Below the pieces are notes generated by a model, which saw nothing but the letters and a program-made list of their open reading frames with translations, was not told the DNA's origin and searched no databases. A program made the translations under genes and the position numbers. From the IMG/VR virus record IMGVR_UViG_3300050343_000182: a stretch of DNA of 64,000 nt; one strand, 5' to 3'. Shown in pieces: positions 7,815-22,000 of the stretch. Numbering within the stretch: the stretch's first letter is position 1; every line of letters starts with the position of its first letter. The stretch comes from a virus.

Positions 7815-10049
7815 ATGGCTGCTATCCCATCACAACTAACATCGCTAGACTTCTTTGAGATTAAAGAGTCTATCAAATCCTACCTCAGAACGCGTAACGA
7901 GTTTACAGATTACGACTTTGAAGGTAGTGCTGCGGCGTATCTTATTGATACCCTCGCTTATAACACATATTATACGGCATTCAACGCTAACATGGCGCTG
8001 AATGAAGCATTTCTTGAGAGTGCTACGGTCAGAGATAACATTGTCCGCATTGCGAAGCAGTTAAATTACACTCCTAGGTCAATTAAAGCACCTAGAGCGT
8101 GTGTAACTATCCGTGTGCAGACACAACTTTCACTGAATGGCACCACATATCCAGAATTCTGCACACTTGCTGCAGGAGATGTGTTTGTTGCCCGTAACTT
8201 TAATGATACTTACACCTTCTGTGTAACCAGAGAGTTGCAAACTACGGTAAATCCCGCAACTGGTATCGCAGTGTTTGACCCTGTGCTCGTTTATCAGGGC
8301 AATTTACTTAAATTTAATTATACAGTTGACTATACAAAGAGACAAGACTATATCATCCCCACGGAAGATGTAGACACCGCCTTGGTTTATGTTGATATCT
8401 CACCTAATGCACAGTCGCAAGAGATTGACACATACAACCTTGCTGCAAACGTAACTACGCTTAACGATACTTCTCGTGTTTACTTCCTTGAGGAGTCTGA
8501 TGACCTTAGATACCGTCTAGTCTTCGGTGATGGCGTCCTTGGACGTAAATTGATTGATGGCGAATTCATCAGACTGTCCTATGTGACCACTTTTGGCGAA
8601 GAAGCAAACGGTTGTAAGGACTTTGCCTTCATTGGCACTATTAGAGATAGTGACCAACGTGCAATTGGACCTGCAAACATCGCAGTCGTCACTAGAGAGG
8701 CAGCAGCAGATGGTGAAGCACGCGAAAGTGCGCTATCAATTAAATTTAGAGCACCTAGAGCATTCGCTACTCAGAACAGAGCAGTGACTGAGACGGACTA
8801 TGAGCATATTGTCTCAGAAATCTATCCTCAAGCAGCTGCCGTGACCGCATACGGTGGTGAGAAACTCAATCCACCAATTTACGGTAAAGTTTATGTTGCC
8901 ATCCGTCCAAAAACGGGTAATAAACTGAATGAGACAACAAAAGCAAAGATCAGGAATGATCTGAAGCGTTATACGGTTGCATCAATTGATCCTGTGATCA
9001 TTGATCCTACTGTATTCTACGTTATTCCCAAATCTTACGTTTACTACGACGGTAATAACACTAATAAGAGTGGCGCACAACTCGCAAGTGACGTTTTGCG
9101 TAATGTTGACCAATTTAACAAGAATGGTCAGAATAATCGCTTTGGTGGTCGTATTGATACGTCCAAATATAACTCAATGGTCGATAATAGCGACCCTGCG
9201 ATTTCTGGTAGCGTTACTCAACTGACAGTCGGTCAAAATCTTGACCAATTCGAGATGGGAAGTGTTTTCACTCAATGTCTTGACTATGGTAACCCACTTT
9301 ATAACCCTGGCGATTATTCAGGCACCCCTGGTGGTAGTGGCGGTAGTGGTGGATATGATCCTGGCGATGGTAGCGGCGATAACAAAGACGGTCCTTGTTC
9401 TACCGATGCAGATTGTCCAGAAGGTCAAATTTGTATAGATGGTAGATGTCAAGATGATCCAAATGCTGGTGGAGGCAATGGTGACGATGGGAAGTGTGCT
9501 CCTGCTTTCTCTGTGGTCAAATCTGGCACATTCTATGCAACAGGTTACACCGAAGACCTTGTTAACTTGACCTTGCAAGGTTCTGGCACTAATTCAACCA
9601 GTCCTGTTGCGTCATCTCAGTCTGTTACAGACGAAAATCAAGTTTTGGTCCCCGTCAACATTAGAGATGATGGAAAAGGCAATCTTCTCCTTGTCACAAA
9701 AAGAGACGAGGTTGAAGTTGTGTTAAATAATGCTGTTGGTAGCGTTGACTATAGTACAGGTCAGGTTTGTGTAGGTCCCATTGCAATTGAAGGAACACCA
9801 GACGATACAACTCGTCTTCCTATTCAAGTATTACCTTATGGCGGATCTCTCACTATTCCACCTGGCGTTGATCCCACATTATTTGATGTTAATGTCTTCC
9901 CAATCGATTGGAAGACCAATGACATCTCAATCCCCAACTTCGATCCAAACAACTTTAGCGGTTACAACTTCGGTGACCCAAGTGGGATAAATATCATTGA
10001 TTATCCCACGGATAGTTTTACATATCCAGTAGATACCTCCTGTTTCTGA
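7815..10049 (+). CDS. g6: baseplate wedge subunit gp6
   Basis: LDFFEIKESIKSYL, DYDFEGS, NEAFLESATVRDNIVRIAKQLNYTP and TQNRAVTETDYE are canonical gp6 motifs. Confidence 0.93.
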   Translation: MAAIPSQLTSLDFFEIKESIKSYLRTRNEFTDYDFEGSAAAYLIDTLAYNTYYTAFNANMALNEAFLESATVRDNIVRIAKQLNYTPRSIKAPRACVTIRVQTQLSLNGTTYPEFCTLAAGDVFVARNFNDTYTFCVTRELQTTVNPATGIAVFDPVLVYQGNLLKFNYTVDYTKRQDYIIPTEDVDTALVYVDISPNAQSQEIDTYNLAANVTTLNDTSRVYFLEESDDLRYRLVFGDGVLGRKLIDGEFIRLSYVTTFGEEANGCKDFAFIGTIRDSDQRAIGPANIAVVTREAAADGEARESALSIKFRAPRAFATQNRAVTETDYEHIVSEIYPQAAAVTAYGGEKLNPPIYGKVYVAIRPKTGNKLNETTKAKIRNDLKRYTVASIDPVIIDPTVFYVIPKSYVYYDGNNTNKSGAQLASDVLRNVDQFNKNGQNNRFGGRIDTSKYNSMVDNSDPAISGSVTQLTVGQNLDQFEMGSVFTQCLDYGNPLYNPGDYSGTPGGSGGSGGYDPGDGSGDNKDGPCSTDADCPEGQICIDGRCQDDPNAGGGNGDDGKCAPAFSVVKSGTFYATGYTEDLVNLTLQGSGTNSTSPVASSQSVTDENQVLVPVNIRDDGKGNLLLVTKRDEVEVVLNNAVGSVDYSTGQVCVGPIAIEGTPDDTTRLPIQVLPYGGSLTIPPGVDPTLFDVNVFPIDWKTNDISIPNFDPNNFSGYNFGDPSGINIIDYPTDSFTYPVDTSCF
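9986..9993 (+). promoter_or_regulatory. T4-type late promoter for g7
   Basis: GATAAATA within the g6 3' end, about 60 nt before g7. Confidence 0.5.
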
Positions 10050-10054
10050 GATAG

Positions 10055-13000
10055 ATGCCACACAAGAATATTAACATTTCGGATAGAGTTGCAAATCAAC
10101 TCCCAGAATTTATTAGGGAGGAAGATCAACAATTTGTTGACTTTCTCTTACAATATTACAAGTCTCAAGAAAAAACAGGTCGTCCTTACGATATCCTGAA
10201 TAACCTTCTGGGTTATTTGGATCTCGATAGTTATACCTCAGACGAACTGTCAAATGATACACTCTTATTGAGTGATATTGGTCTGAACGATAAGACTATC
10301 AGAATTGAGGCGATTGATGGTTTCAAAGCGACCGATGGATCTATCAAGATTGATAATGAGGTAATTTACTACGAGAATGTTACTCGTGGACCTGATGCTA
10401 TTGTCACTCCAGGTGTTTCTCCTGCACAATTTGATAAAAAGAAACAACAACTAGAAAATCCTTTCCAGTTGTTCGATGGGACTAGAAATAAATTCCCTCT
10501 TAACTTTTTAGGCACTCCTGTAAATCCCCCTTCAGTAGATCACCTAATTGTTGTTGTATACAATGAAATGTTAGTCCCTGGGACTGATTATTTCCTTGAG
10601 GGCGATGAGATTCGCTTTGCCGTTGCTCCCCGTGAAAGATCTGGTGCTGACGACTCTGCATTCACTGAAATTATATATTTGGTTGGGTATGCCGATCAAA
10701 CGATCGTCACAACTGATGCAGTACCCTTTGAAGAATATCAAAGTAAGAAAGAATATCCCCTCAGAGTAAATACACAACCATATACCCCAACTTCAGCGAT
10801 TGGTCTGATTGTCAAGAAAAACAATCGCCAACTTGAGCCATATACCGACTATACCGTATATGGAAGTGAAATTATCTTTAGATTCCCACTGGGTGGCGCT
10901 GATAATATTCATATTCGCTCTGTTGAGTATATTGCCCCAAATTTTGGATCTGGAGCATCTGCAGTTGTCTCTGTCGATAATTTTGGTCAAGTTGACCGCC
11001 TAATTCCTAAAACTGGTGGTAGTGGTTATAGACTAGATTTTGCACCTAAAGTTGTAGTCCAACACAGTGAAGGTGTGGGTGCGACTGCCAAAACTTTGGT
11101 TAGTGGCATCAAGAATATTAACCTAATTGATGGTGGACAGGGTTACACGTCATATAACCCTCCTATCGCTCTTGTAGGCGCTCCTACAGGTGGTACACTG
11201 GCAAAGGTTGCCCTAACCGTAGATGATGTAACTGGTCAGGTTGATAGTCTAACTATCATGAATTCTGGTAGTGGATATGATTTTATCCCTGCAATTTCTT
11301 TTGCCAATCCTGGTGGTTGTAAAATTGGTCAACCTACAATTGATAGTGAAGGTCGTGTAAACATTGACAGTATTGCTGTCGAAGAATTTGGACTGAACTA
11401 TAGCAATCCTCCTATTGTTTATCTAGATCCTGCACCTGAAGGCGGCATCAACGCTCAGGCAATCTCTAGAATCAACCAAGACGGTCAAGTCTACGAGATC
11501 GTTATTACGAATAGAGGTAGAGGGTATGCAACCCCACCTAGAGCAAGGATCATTCAACCTATTGGTGCTCAGGTTCTCGATGTTACTGTTGCATCTGGTA
11601 ACGTCACCAATATTGAAATGCTAACAGGTGGCAACGGTTATACCGATGCTCCTTCTGTGTACATTGTTGACGATAGAAAGGATCCATATGGCGATCCTAT
11701 TGGTGGCACAGGAGCAACTGCTGCTGCAACTATCTTTAATGGTCAGATCACGGATATCAACATTACCAACTTCGGTAGTGGATATTCTGAAACAGAGCCC
11801 CCTAAAATTTACATTGCCGAGCCTAAATCGGCAAGAGCATCTGTTGCTGTTGGTTTCAATGAACTGACTGGTTACGAGATCATTGAAAGAGGTAGTGGAT
11901 ATTCCCCTTCTGCATTCCTAGGATGTAGTCGTGGTGTATCTGGTGCTGTTGGATATGACAACCTCCATAATGAGATCTACGCTGGTGAAGCAACACTGCG
12001 TCAGTCTACTCACCCAGCAGCGTCTACAGTTATCAACCTAGACTCTTTGTTCATCAGAGAAGTCTTTGATAAGTTTAGAAGACAATATCTCCCCACTATT
12101 GAGATTGATTACTCTTCAATCAATCCAATTCAAGTAATTAAGAGCATTACTGATTTCTACATCAGTAAAGGTACTGAGCTTTCCACACAGTATCTGTTTA
12201 AGATCATGTTTGGTGAGCAGGTGGAGATCTACTATCCTAGAGATGAGATCATTTCCCCATCTGCTGCAACATGGGTTGTTGATACTGTTCTGCGTGCTGA
12301 ATTGATTTCAGGTGATCCTGGAAATCTCATCGATTCTCAACTTATTCAGTATGCTGATCCTGTTGACCTTAGTGTCAAGGCAGCAAATGCTCTGATTGAA
12401 AACGTCATTACCATTATTGAAGGTAAGGACACTATCTACGAATTGGCAATCTCAGAAGAGACGCTATCTGGTAGTTTCATCATCCCTTATAAGACTACTC
12501 TAGTTGAGCCACTGACCACCACAGGTCAGATTATTACCGTTGACTCCACGATTGGATGGCCAGAAAGAAACGGCACCATTCGTATTAACGATGTAGAGAC
12601 TGCACAGTATAAGGAGAAATCACTTAACCAGTTTATCGAATGCACCAGATCTCAAAATGGTGTTGTAGAAGATTGGGATCCTGGCACGATTGTATACTCT
12701 GACATTTTTGTCTATGTCAATAAGGGTACATCTACTGAGTGTAAACTCAGAGTGCTTGGTATTGCAGAAGCAGGTACAACGATCCTGGAAGATACTGGAT
12801 CTTACTATCTGCAAGGCGACAAACTAAAAGTTGCTAAACTCGGATCTTCATCTGAAGATGAGAGATTATCTTCTTGGTTATACAACGTTAAGAAACTGAT
12901 TCAGGTTAATACTGTCACTCCTGGTGGTGTTAACAACCAAACTGCTACAGTTGTTTGTGATAACCCACATGGTCTCCTGGTATCTGATCAGGTGACGATT

Positions 13001-16000
13001 TATGGTGCTAACCCTGTTGTATTCAACGGCACGTTTACCGTTACTTCCCGTATCGATACACTGCAGTTTACATATCAGATTAATACACCTACAGAAATTA
13101 TTCCAGAAGGTAACATTCTTCTCTCTGTGGACCTTAACAGAGGTAAGTCCGATATCAATTCCATTAACAGTGTTGTTAGTGAGTTTACAACGAACATCCA
13201 AAACTCCTTCTTCAATGCTGATTATGTTTATGTTGCTTCCTCTGGTCTACCCAACTATAAGGTTGGTCCTTTCACAGGATCAGCACTGATTCCTGGTAAC
13301 CAGCGCAAGCTGCTCCGTTTCCCCCGTTTAGTCCAAACGATTTCCGAGCGTCAAGACATCTCAGCAAACACCTCGATTGGTGCTTGGGTGAATGGTGTGT
13401 CTATCTGGGCATATAAGTCTGGCGACTTTGTTAGATTCGGTCCACTGACTGGCATCACAGTTAGTAACACTGGTCAGGACTATGATGCAGGATCCAAACC
13501 TGCTCTGGAAATCACTGGTGGTGGCGGTACAGGTGCTACTGGTGAAGTTGTTGTTAATGGTAGTCTAACTTCATTTGACGTTACTGAGCAAGGTAGCGGA
13601 TACACAGAATCTCCTCTGGTCTCCATCGTTGGCGGTGGTGGTATCGGAGCAACTGCACAAGCTATCGTAACAGGTGGTCGTGTCACCAGAATCCTGGTTG
13701 AGCAACCAGGCACAGGGTATACTTCACAACCTAGCGTCTCAGTTACTGGTGGCGGTGGTACAGGTGCCTTAGCAAAGGCAAACGTCCGTGGTCCTATTCA
13801 GAGTGTTAGCATCACTGCCAATGGTAGTGGATATACTGAGTTACCTAGTATCCGAGTTAACTCTGGTGAAGGTGCTTTGGCACAACCCATTGTTATCAAT
13901 GGTCGTATTGTTTCTATTGCTATTATTAACTCTGGTAGTGGTTATACTACTGCTCCCACGATCATCATTAATGGTGATGGTTTTGGTGCTATTGCACGAG
14001 CAGTAATTGGCACTATTGGCGAAGATAAAGGTAGAGTCCTTAGTGTTGAGATCACTAACAGAGGTATTGGATATACCCAAGGTCTTACTACTGTCAGACT
14101 TGAGTCTGTCGGTGACTTTGCTGAGTTTACTCCACAAGTTTTTGAGTGGAATAAAAACCTTCAGTATGATCTTGCCACTAATTATGATGGAGCACGAGGA
14201 TACGTCTTTACTGGTCGTAATAACCAGTTCGGTGGTGAATATGCTCACCTTAGTGATCCTAAAGAACTCCGCTATGTGGTTGGCGATAACGTCTTCCTTA
14301 ATGCAGTTACACAACAATTCCAAGAAGTTGAATCCAACTATGAGCACTCTCCTATTCTGGGTTGGGCGTATGATGGTAACCCAATCTACGGTCCCTACGG
14401 TTACATTGACCCAACTGACCAGAATAGCGGAATCAGAAGACTTCGCACTTCATATAAACTAAAAGATAACGTTGTATATGACTTAGCAACTAACCCCAAT
14501 CCTGCTCGTGTTGATGGACCTGAGCTGTCCTCATATCCTGCTGGATCGTTTGTTGCTGACTATGAGTATGACTTCCAGTCTGGCGATCTCGACAACTATA
14601 ACGGTCGTTTCTGTAAGACACCTCAGTATCCTGATGGCACCTATGCATACTTTATTACTATTGATGCATCGGAAGCAGGTATTGCTGAATTCCCATATAT
14701 CCTTGGTCCTCAGTTTAACTCACTGCCTGATCCATGGAACTTTACTCAGGGTGCAACCCAGGAAAACATTCCTCAAGACGTTGTAAGATATAGAGATCCT
14801 TATGTCAACGTTGATATTGATGTTGATCGTCAACCTAACCAGGAAGCAGATGTACTGACGACTGAGATTGAAGGATATCCTCTCATCTTTGAGATCCAGG
14901 ACAGTAATAACGACGGAATCATTGATGCTAATGAGCAACAAGAAGTCCTAGAGATGTCTGAAGAGGCAACTCTACAAATCTATGATTACTTCCCTCAGGT
15001 TTCTGAAGAGTCTAGAGTTGACATCGAAGTTGAGACAACTACTCAGTTTGAAGATGCTCAGATCGACGGTTTCGTTATTGAAAACCCTGGTGTTTCCTAT
15101 CAGGTTAATGATACCATCTTCTTTGACGATGGAGATACTGGTGGTTTCGGTGCTTCGGCATTCATCGAATCTGTTAAGGGTCAAAGCATCCAATCATACA
15201 GTAAGGAGATCATTGGTGATCGTCCATATGGTGTGATTAATACATCAGCTAATCACGACTTGCGTCAGCAAGATGAGTTGATTCTTAACTCATCCCCTGT
15301 TATTGATAACACCAACAAAAACTTCAAAGTTAAGGTTGTGTCTGGCATTGAGCGTATCAATGTAACTCAGGGTGGTGTTGGTTACAACGAAGATATTCCT
15401 CCTACGTTTGAATTGATCACATCTGCTGGTCAGGATGGTCAACTAGAGATTGTCCTACAAAATACTGGTCAGATCAGCAGTGTCAACATTATCAACTCTG
15501 GTAATGGTTATGATCCTGAGAATCCTCCACAAATCCGTGTTTCCCATCCACAGCAGTTTAAGAAAACTCGCTATTGGTTGACCGAATACATGGAAGCAGA
15601 TGGTATCATTAATGTTAATGATATCAAGGTAACCTCACAACGCAATACCTATATCTGCGGTAAGATTACCGAGACAGATGGAGATGAGTCTGCGTTCCTT
15701 GCCAAGTTTGACGACTTGGGTCAGAAGATCTGGGAGAGAACTCTCATTCCTACCAATGCCAACCAGAAGAGGGCTGAATTCCTCAAGATGGTGGTCAATG
15801 CTGCTCCAGAAAACGACCTCATATATGTTACAGGCCAAACAAAGAATCCTGACAACGACACGTACAACCCAGACATCTGGTTAGGACTTTATGAGTCTGG
15901 ATTCAACAATGCAAACGATCCTGACGGTATCCTGCAGTGGCAGAGAGCAATTGCTGGTATCTCTGGTAGCACCAGAAGAGACTTTGTAACTTCTATCGCT

Positions 16001-19000
16001 CTTGATCAGGAGCAACGTATCTACCTTTGCGGTTATACCGATACTAACTCTGTTGATCCCGATGACATGTGGATCATCCAGTGTGGTATTGAAGGCGATC
16101 TGGTTGAGAAGCGTAAGGTTGCATCTCAGGATGATTCTGAGAAAATGCATCAGATCATGATGATCTCCGATGATAGATTCTTCTTTATTGGTGTTAATGA
16201 TCAAAATGATGACTTGATCTTCGGTGAATTCTTCTACGATGGTGCAAACCTTGAGATGGATTGGATCAAGCAGATTCCTACGGTGGGTGGACGTGTTGTC
16301 AACCCAACAATGGTCATGGATGACTATGGTGCAATTATTGTTGCTTGGGATATCTTCAACTCTGCAGCATCTAAGTATGATAAGATCCAGATCAACAAGT
16401 TCCTACTTTCCACTGCACAAACTGAGTGGGACTGGAGTAAGACTGTTACTACCGCTGGTGATTTCCTGGGAATGCATCATGCAGGTATCTCATATGATCA
16501 GTGGGGTAACTACACTCTAGTTTCTGATGTAACTGAAGCACAGAATCAGAGATATTCAGTTATCACTTATATGAAGTATGACGGGACTCTGCTGCATCAA
16601 ACAAAGGTTGATGATACTACAAACATTGGTTTCCAAGCAACTACTCATGCCCTGGATAACTCTGGTGATACTATTCTTGCTGTCAACCGTCAGCAATCTG
16701 ATCAGCTTGCCTCTTGGAGAATGGGCAACAGTGCAAATCCTGTAGAGGATACAACCAAGCAACAACTTGGCACTTACAACTACTTCAGTCAGTCTGATAT
16801 TACTCATGATGCTGCTGTTTACAAGTTTGACGGCGGATCTCTGAAGTTTAACGACGTTGCACCTATTACTATTGCTGATTTGGGTCTGACCCCTCTTGAG
16901 TGGAGTGGCAGAATGTGGATGTCCATGAATACGACAGCATGGAACACTGCACATGAGCCCACATTACTGCATTTTAACGATGCAACTAATACCAACTCAA
17001 TTACTGCAACTATCAAAGGTGATAACACTGATCCTGACTATCAGAAGGTTATCCTTTACTTGAATGGCACTCAGGTTGCTTCTTCTGTTGCTGCAACTAA
17101 CTGGGATGCCTTTGCTGCTGCAGCATGGGTCCATATTACTGTCCAGAAGCGTCAAGAATCTCTGGGTCTGTATCGTTATGAGGTATTCGTTGGCGGTAAC
17201 CAGCAGATCAGTTATCAGAGCACTACTGATGTTGCTCTTGATGATGTTGTTATCTGTGGTCCTGTCAGTTCTCCAACAGTTGCAAATAGTTTCCGTGGTA
17301 ACATCGATGACTTTGTGCTCGATGATGCTGCTCCATATTCTGGCACTTCTTATACTGTGCCCACTTCTGAGATTGCAATCACTACGTCCAACTCTGACGT
17401 TGCACTGATCAAGTTTGATAGAGCACATACTCAGCGTGCAGCATACACTCTGACTGGTCTTAGCAATTACAGTAATATTGCATTCACCGATCACACTATC
17501 GGTATGACTTGGACGAGTGTTTCTCCAGGTGCAATTTCTACATGGTTAGAGGGTCCTGGTGGTCTGCAAATTCTGGACATGTCCCAGACTTTCTCCACGT
17601 TGATCCCTGGTACATATACACTATCTTCAGCGTATGACCAGTATGCATCCAAGACTTCTACCATCCCATCACCTCGTGGTAAGAGATTAATTATCTCTGC
17701 TGATGTTATCCCCAAATTCTATCTGAGGGATGCTCTATATCAGAAAATTGATAACGTCCAAGAATTTACGTTTACCCAACCACTTAAACTTACTCAGTAT
17801 TCTATACTGCAACAGTTTAACAACGTTGGCACTACGACTGCCTTTGCAACTATTACAGAGGTTCCTGCAGGTAGTCTGAGGAATCCTGGTATTGGCACCA
17901 AGTATAGAGTTGGTAAGATCTTTGGCACATTTAATAATACTGATAGATTCCGCACTACAACTCTTGGTGGAGATATCAACCAGATTGAAGGCACTTACTT
18001 CGATACTATTGAAGAGGAATCTCCTTGGGTAGCATCAACTGCATATGCACAAGGTGATCGTGTCTACAACCAAAAGAGAATCTATGAAGCACAGGGTGCT
18101 GGCACATCTGGCACAATTTCACCTCAGCACAACACTGGTGTTGTTACTGATGGTGTCATTAACTGGGCATTCATCGACGACGCAGGTAAATTTACTCTTG
18201 ATCTGACTGAGCACCCCTTCCCCAGACCTCAATATACTGGTCTGGATATGCCTGAATGGTTGCCACATCGTCTATACGCTGTTGGTCAGCGTGTGTGGTA
18301 TAAACTCAACGTTTATCAGGTTGCTGTTGGTGGCGGTGGTGTTACTACACCCACTCCTCCCACACATACTACTGGTGATGTATCTGATGGTAGTGTTACT
18401 TGGTCCTTCGTTGAAACTAACGAGGCAATCAGTCAGTACACCCGTTTGATGCCTTATGATCAAGGTAACAACTATAGTATTGAGATCTTAGAAGTCCAAC
18501 CTGGATCAAACTTCATTCCTAATGACGTTGTTAGTGTCAACACCAACAATATTACGTTGGCAGAAGATGAGAAGTCTGTAGAGATCTCTGGTTTTGCATC
18601 TGTTAAGAAGATTCGTGTTACTGCACGTCTTGAGAAAGATATTCTTCTTGCTAGCAGCGTTAGAACTGATAAAGTCTATTGCACATCCAATTCCCCACAC
18701 TTCTATAAGGAAGGCGAGATTATCTTTGCTGAAGGATTCTCTGGTGCTCAATATAACGGATCATTCTTCATCGATGATGTTATTGGATCTAGAGAATTCA
18801 CATTTGGTATTAGAGACACCGCAGTGTCCGATCCAACGTTTGTAAACAATGGAATTGCAAACGTCAACATCTATGCTAAGCATCCTACTCTGATTTTCAC
18901 TAGAAATCACCAGTATAACTTCGAGCTTAGCGATCCTTCCAACTTCGGTTACTATCTGTCATTCTCTCAGGACAACCAGTATAAACTGGAGTATTCCTTC

Positions 19001-22000
19001 AACAATACTGTTAGAGAGGGCACTCCTGGTATCCAAGGTGCAGGTGCAAGCACACCATTCGTTAAATTCTTGGTGCTTGGTGATGTTACTAACATCTCTT
19101 ACTACTTTGACCCATCAAGGACTGGATCTAACTCCCCAGTTGGAGAAAACTCATACATTGATGTTATCACAACTCCATATCAAGGTAGATTCAGAATTAG
19201 TGAGATTGTAAGTGATACTGAATTCAAATTCCCACTCAACAGAGAACCTGAGCGTAATAATGCTGAGATTGGATCTGATGATCAAGGAAATGAGTATTCA
19301 TACTACTCCACGACATCTACCAGAGCAGTTGGTCCTATTAATACGATCAAACTTGTTTCTCCTGGTGGATTCTATAAGAAACTGCCTATCATCTCCGATA
19401 TTGCATCCTTCCGTCAAATTGAGAAGGTTGAGGTTATTGATGGCGGCACAGAATACGCACCTGGCGTCTACTACGACGTTCCTGTTAATGGAGACGGCGA
19501 AGGCGGTAAAGTTACCGTCACAGTCCTTCTAGATGATGAAACTGGGTCTGGTGCAATCTCTAGTGTCGCTGTTGCAGACCCAGGTAAAGGTTATACCGTT
19601 GCTAGTGTTGATATTGACGCTATCACTGGTATTCTTGGTCCCACACTGTCTGGATCTGGTGGTGCTGTCAGCGTTAACATTCCTAGCGAAGGTACTGGTG
19701 CATCTGTCTTCCTGACAGGTAGAAACATTGGTAAGATCAAGAGACTTAAGAATAATGAGTTTGGTTTCGGATATTCCCATGATTATACCCTGAAACCTGA
19801 AATTACCTTCCCTGTTAACCTTCAACTCTTCAATACTTCGATTCTTTCCGAAATCAAGATCACAGATCCTGGTGCTGGTTATACATCGACTCCTGCAGTT
19901 GTTATTGACGGTGGCGGTGGTACAGGTGCAGATGCAGTCGCAGTTATCAAGAATAACCGACTCAATGAGATCATCATCAAGAATCCTGGTGCTGGATACT
20001 CATCTGAGCCTGTTGTGACTCTGAAGTCTGAGTTTAACTATGTTGTTAACCTCGACCTCAACTATCTGCAGTTTAACTTCCCTCACGGTATCACAACTGG
20101 TGCAGAAATCCAATTCCGCTCTGAAGATGTTGGTAGCACTGAAGGCATCCTTCCCAAACCATCCAGTGCAGGTTTGACTGCATTGATTGCTGGTCAGGTC
20201 TATTATGCAATCGCTGGTCAGGCAAACTCACTAGAATCCGACCAAATCCGCTTTGGATTGACTCTACAGTCAGCACAAGCAGGTGATTACATTACATTCC
20301 TGACTCAAGGTAGTGGTCGTCAAGTATTGCTTACCGAAGTCTTCGGTGGTAAAGCAGAAGCAGTTGTTGCAACATCTCGCTTCCTTGAAGGCGAAGAAGT
20401 CTTCCAAGGTAGTGCAATTGAGCTTGCAAGTGCAACTGGTAAGGTTTCTACTAATACTGGTTGGCAAATCGGTCCTAAGATCCTCAAGATCGTCGATTAT
20501 GACGGAGATTGGAAAATGGGCGAAAAAGTCACTGGATCCATCTCCAAAGCATCTGGTGTTATCGATAACATGAGTATTGCTCGTGGTGTGTTGAATATCG
20601 GATCTTTGACTAAGACTCCTGGTAAGTTTATCGATAACGTCGGCAAACCTTCCGAAATTGTCCAAAAGATTCAAGATTCCTTCTTCTATCAGAACTTCTC
20701 TTATGTTATCAAGTCTGAGATTCCCATCACAAAATGGAAGACTCAAATCCTTGAAAACAATCACCCTGCTGGATTCCAACTGTTTGGACAGTTGCAATTG
20801 GTCGGTGGTAAGGATGTTTCGGGTAGAAAGGTCGGTACTGAGTTTACGAAGGAAGTTAACATCAATAACTACTCCAACGTCAACCAGATCACATCTTTCG
20901 GTGCAGCACAACCAATTTACACCGATTACAACAATACTGAAGTCCTCTTCCGTAAAAAGCGTCTGACTTCCTCTGAGGAAATCTTGACCTCTATCGTGAA
21001 GAAACTTGACGACATTTCACCTCAGTTTAACGGTATTGATAAGCAATTCCCAATTACTGTAGAAGGTGAGCAGGTTATCGTCCAACAGAATCAGTTGCTG
21101 ATTACTATTAACGGTGTGATTCAGGCACCTGGCGTTTCCTATACTATTGTTGGTGGACAAATTGTATTTGGCGAGCCACCAAAACCAGCGTCTAGAGTCA
21201 ACTACAGATCTCTGGAGATTACTCCTACCGTAATTTACAGAATTGAATTGTATTCTGGTCAGGCAGGTCCACCAAACTTCGGCATCTTCCCAACTCTGGG
21301 TCAGCAAGTCCAAGGTAAAGATAGCGACGTTGTTGCTACTATTATCGACTCTGGCACGACTCATATCGACGTTATCAACTTGGTTGGTGGATCATTCAAC
21401 TTGAATGAAGAGATCACTCGTGGCACCCTCTTCTCGGCACTTGTCCAGAGTGTTACTGCTATTAATAGCGATACTATCTTCCAGTTTGGTGAATCTATCA
21501 CTAACCTTGAAGGTGACACTGCTATTATCGAAGAAACTAATATTGATGGAGATGGTAATGTCACTGATGCTATCGTGGTTAGTAAGACCTCAGGTACTGC
21601 ACAGTTTGAAACTGGTATCTTTGATCTAAGACTTAATGAGTTTGTTTACTCAGCATCATCTAAGATTGCTGGTCAGATTACATTCATCTCTCCTTATATT
21701 GATCCTGCCACCCAGGATGCTGTTGATGAGTTGATTATCAACCCAGGATCTACATTCTACGGTCTGCTGTTTGAGCGTCTGGTTAGTATTACTAATCCTA
21801 ACGTTATCATCGATAACATTTCACAATCTTCTATTACACCTACTGAGCTTTACGATTCTAGTAGCAGAATCAATGCTGACTTCCTTGACTTTGAAGAAGT
21901 TAGAAATACTGAAGTCCAGTATACTCAGTTGGCAGGTGGCAACTTCTCTGAAGGCGATATTGTCATTAACAATAGAGCAAACTACGGCAACCCAAGCTCT

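Noticed and set aside
9313-9492. gp6 insertion as an intein or intron
   Set aside because: Too short; no Cys/Ser...His-Asn splice motifs, and the reading frame is continuous.
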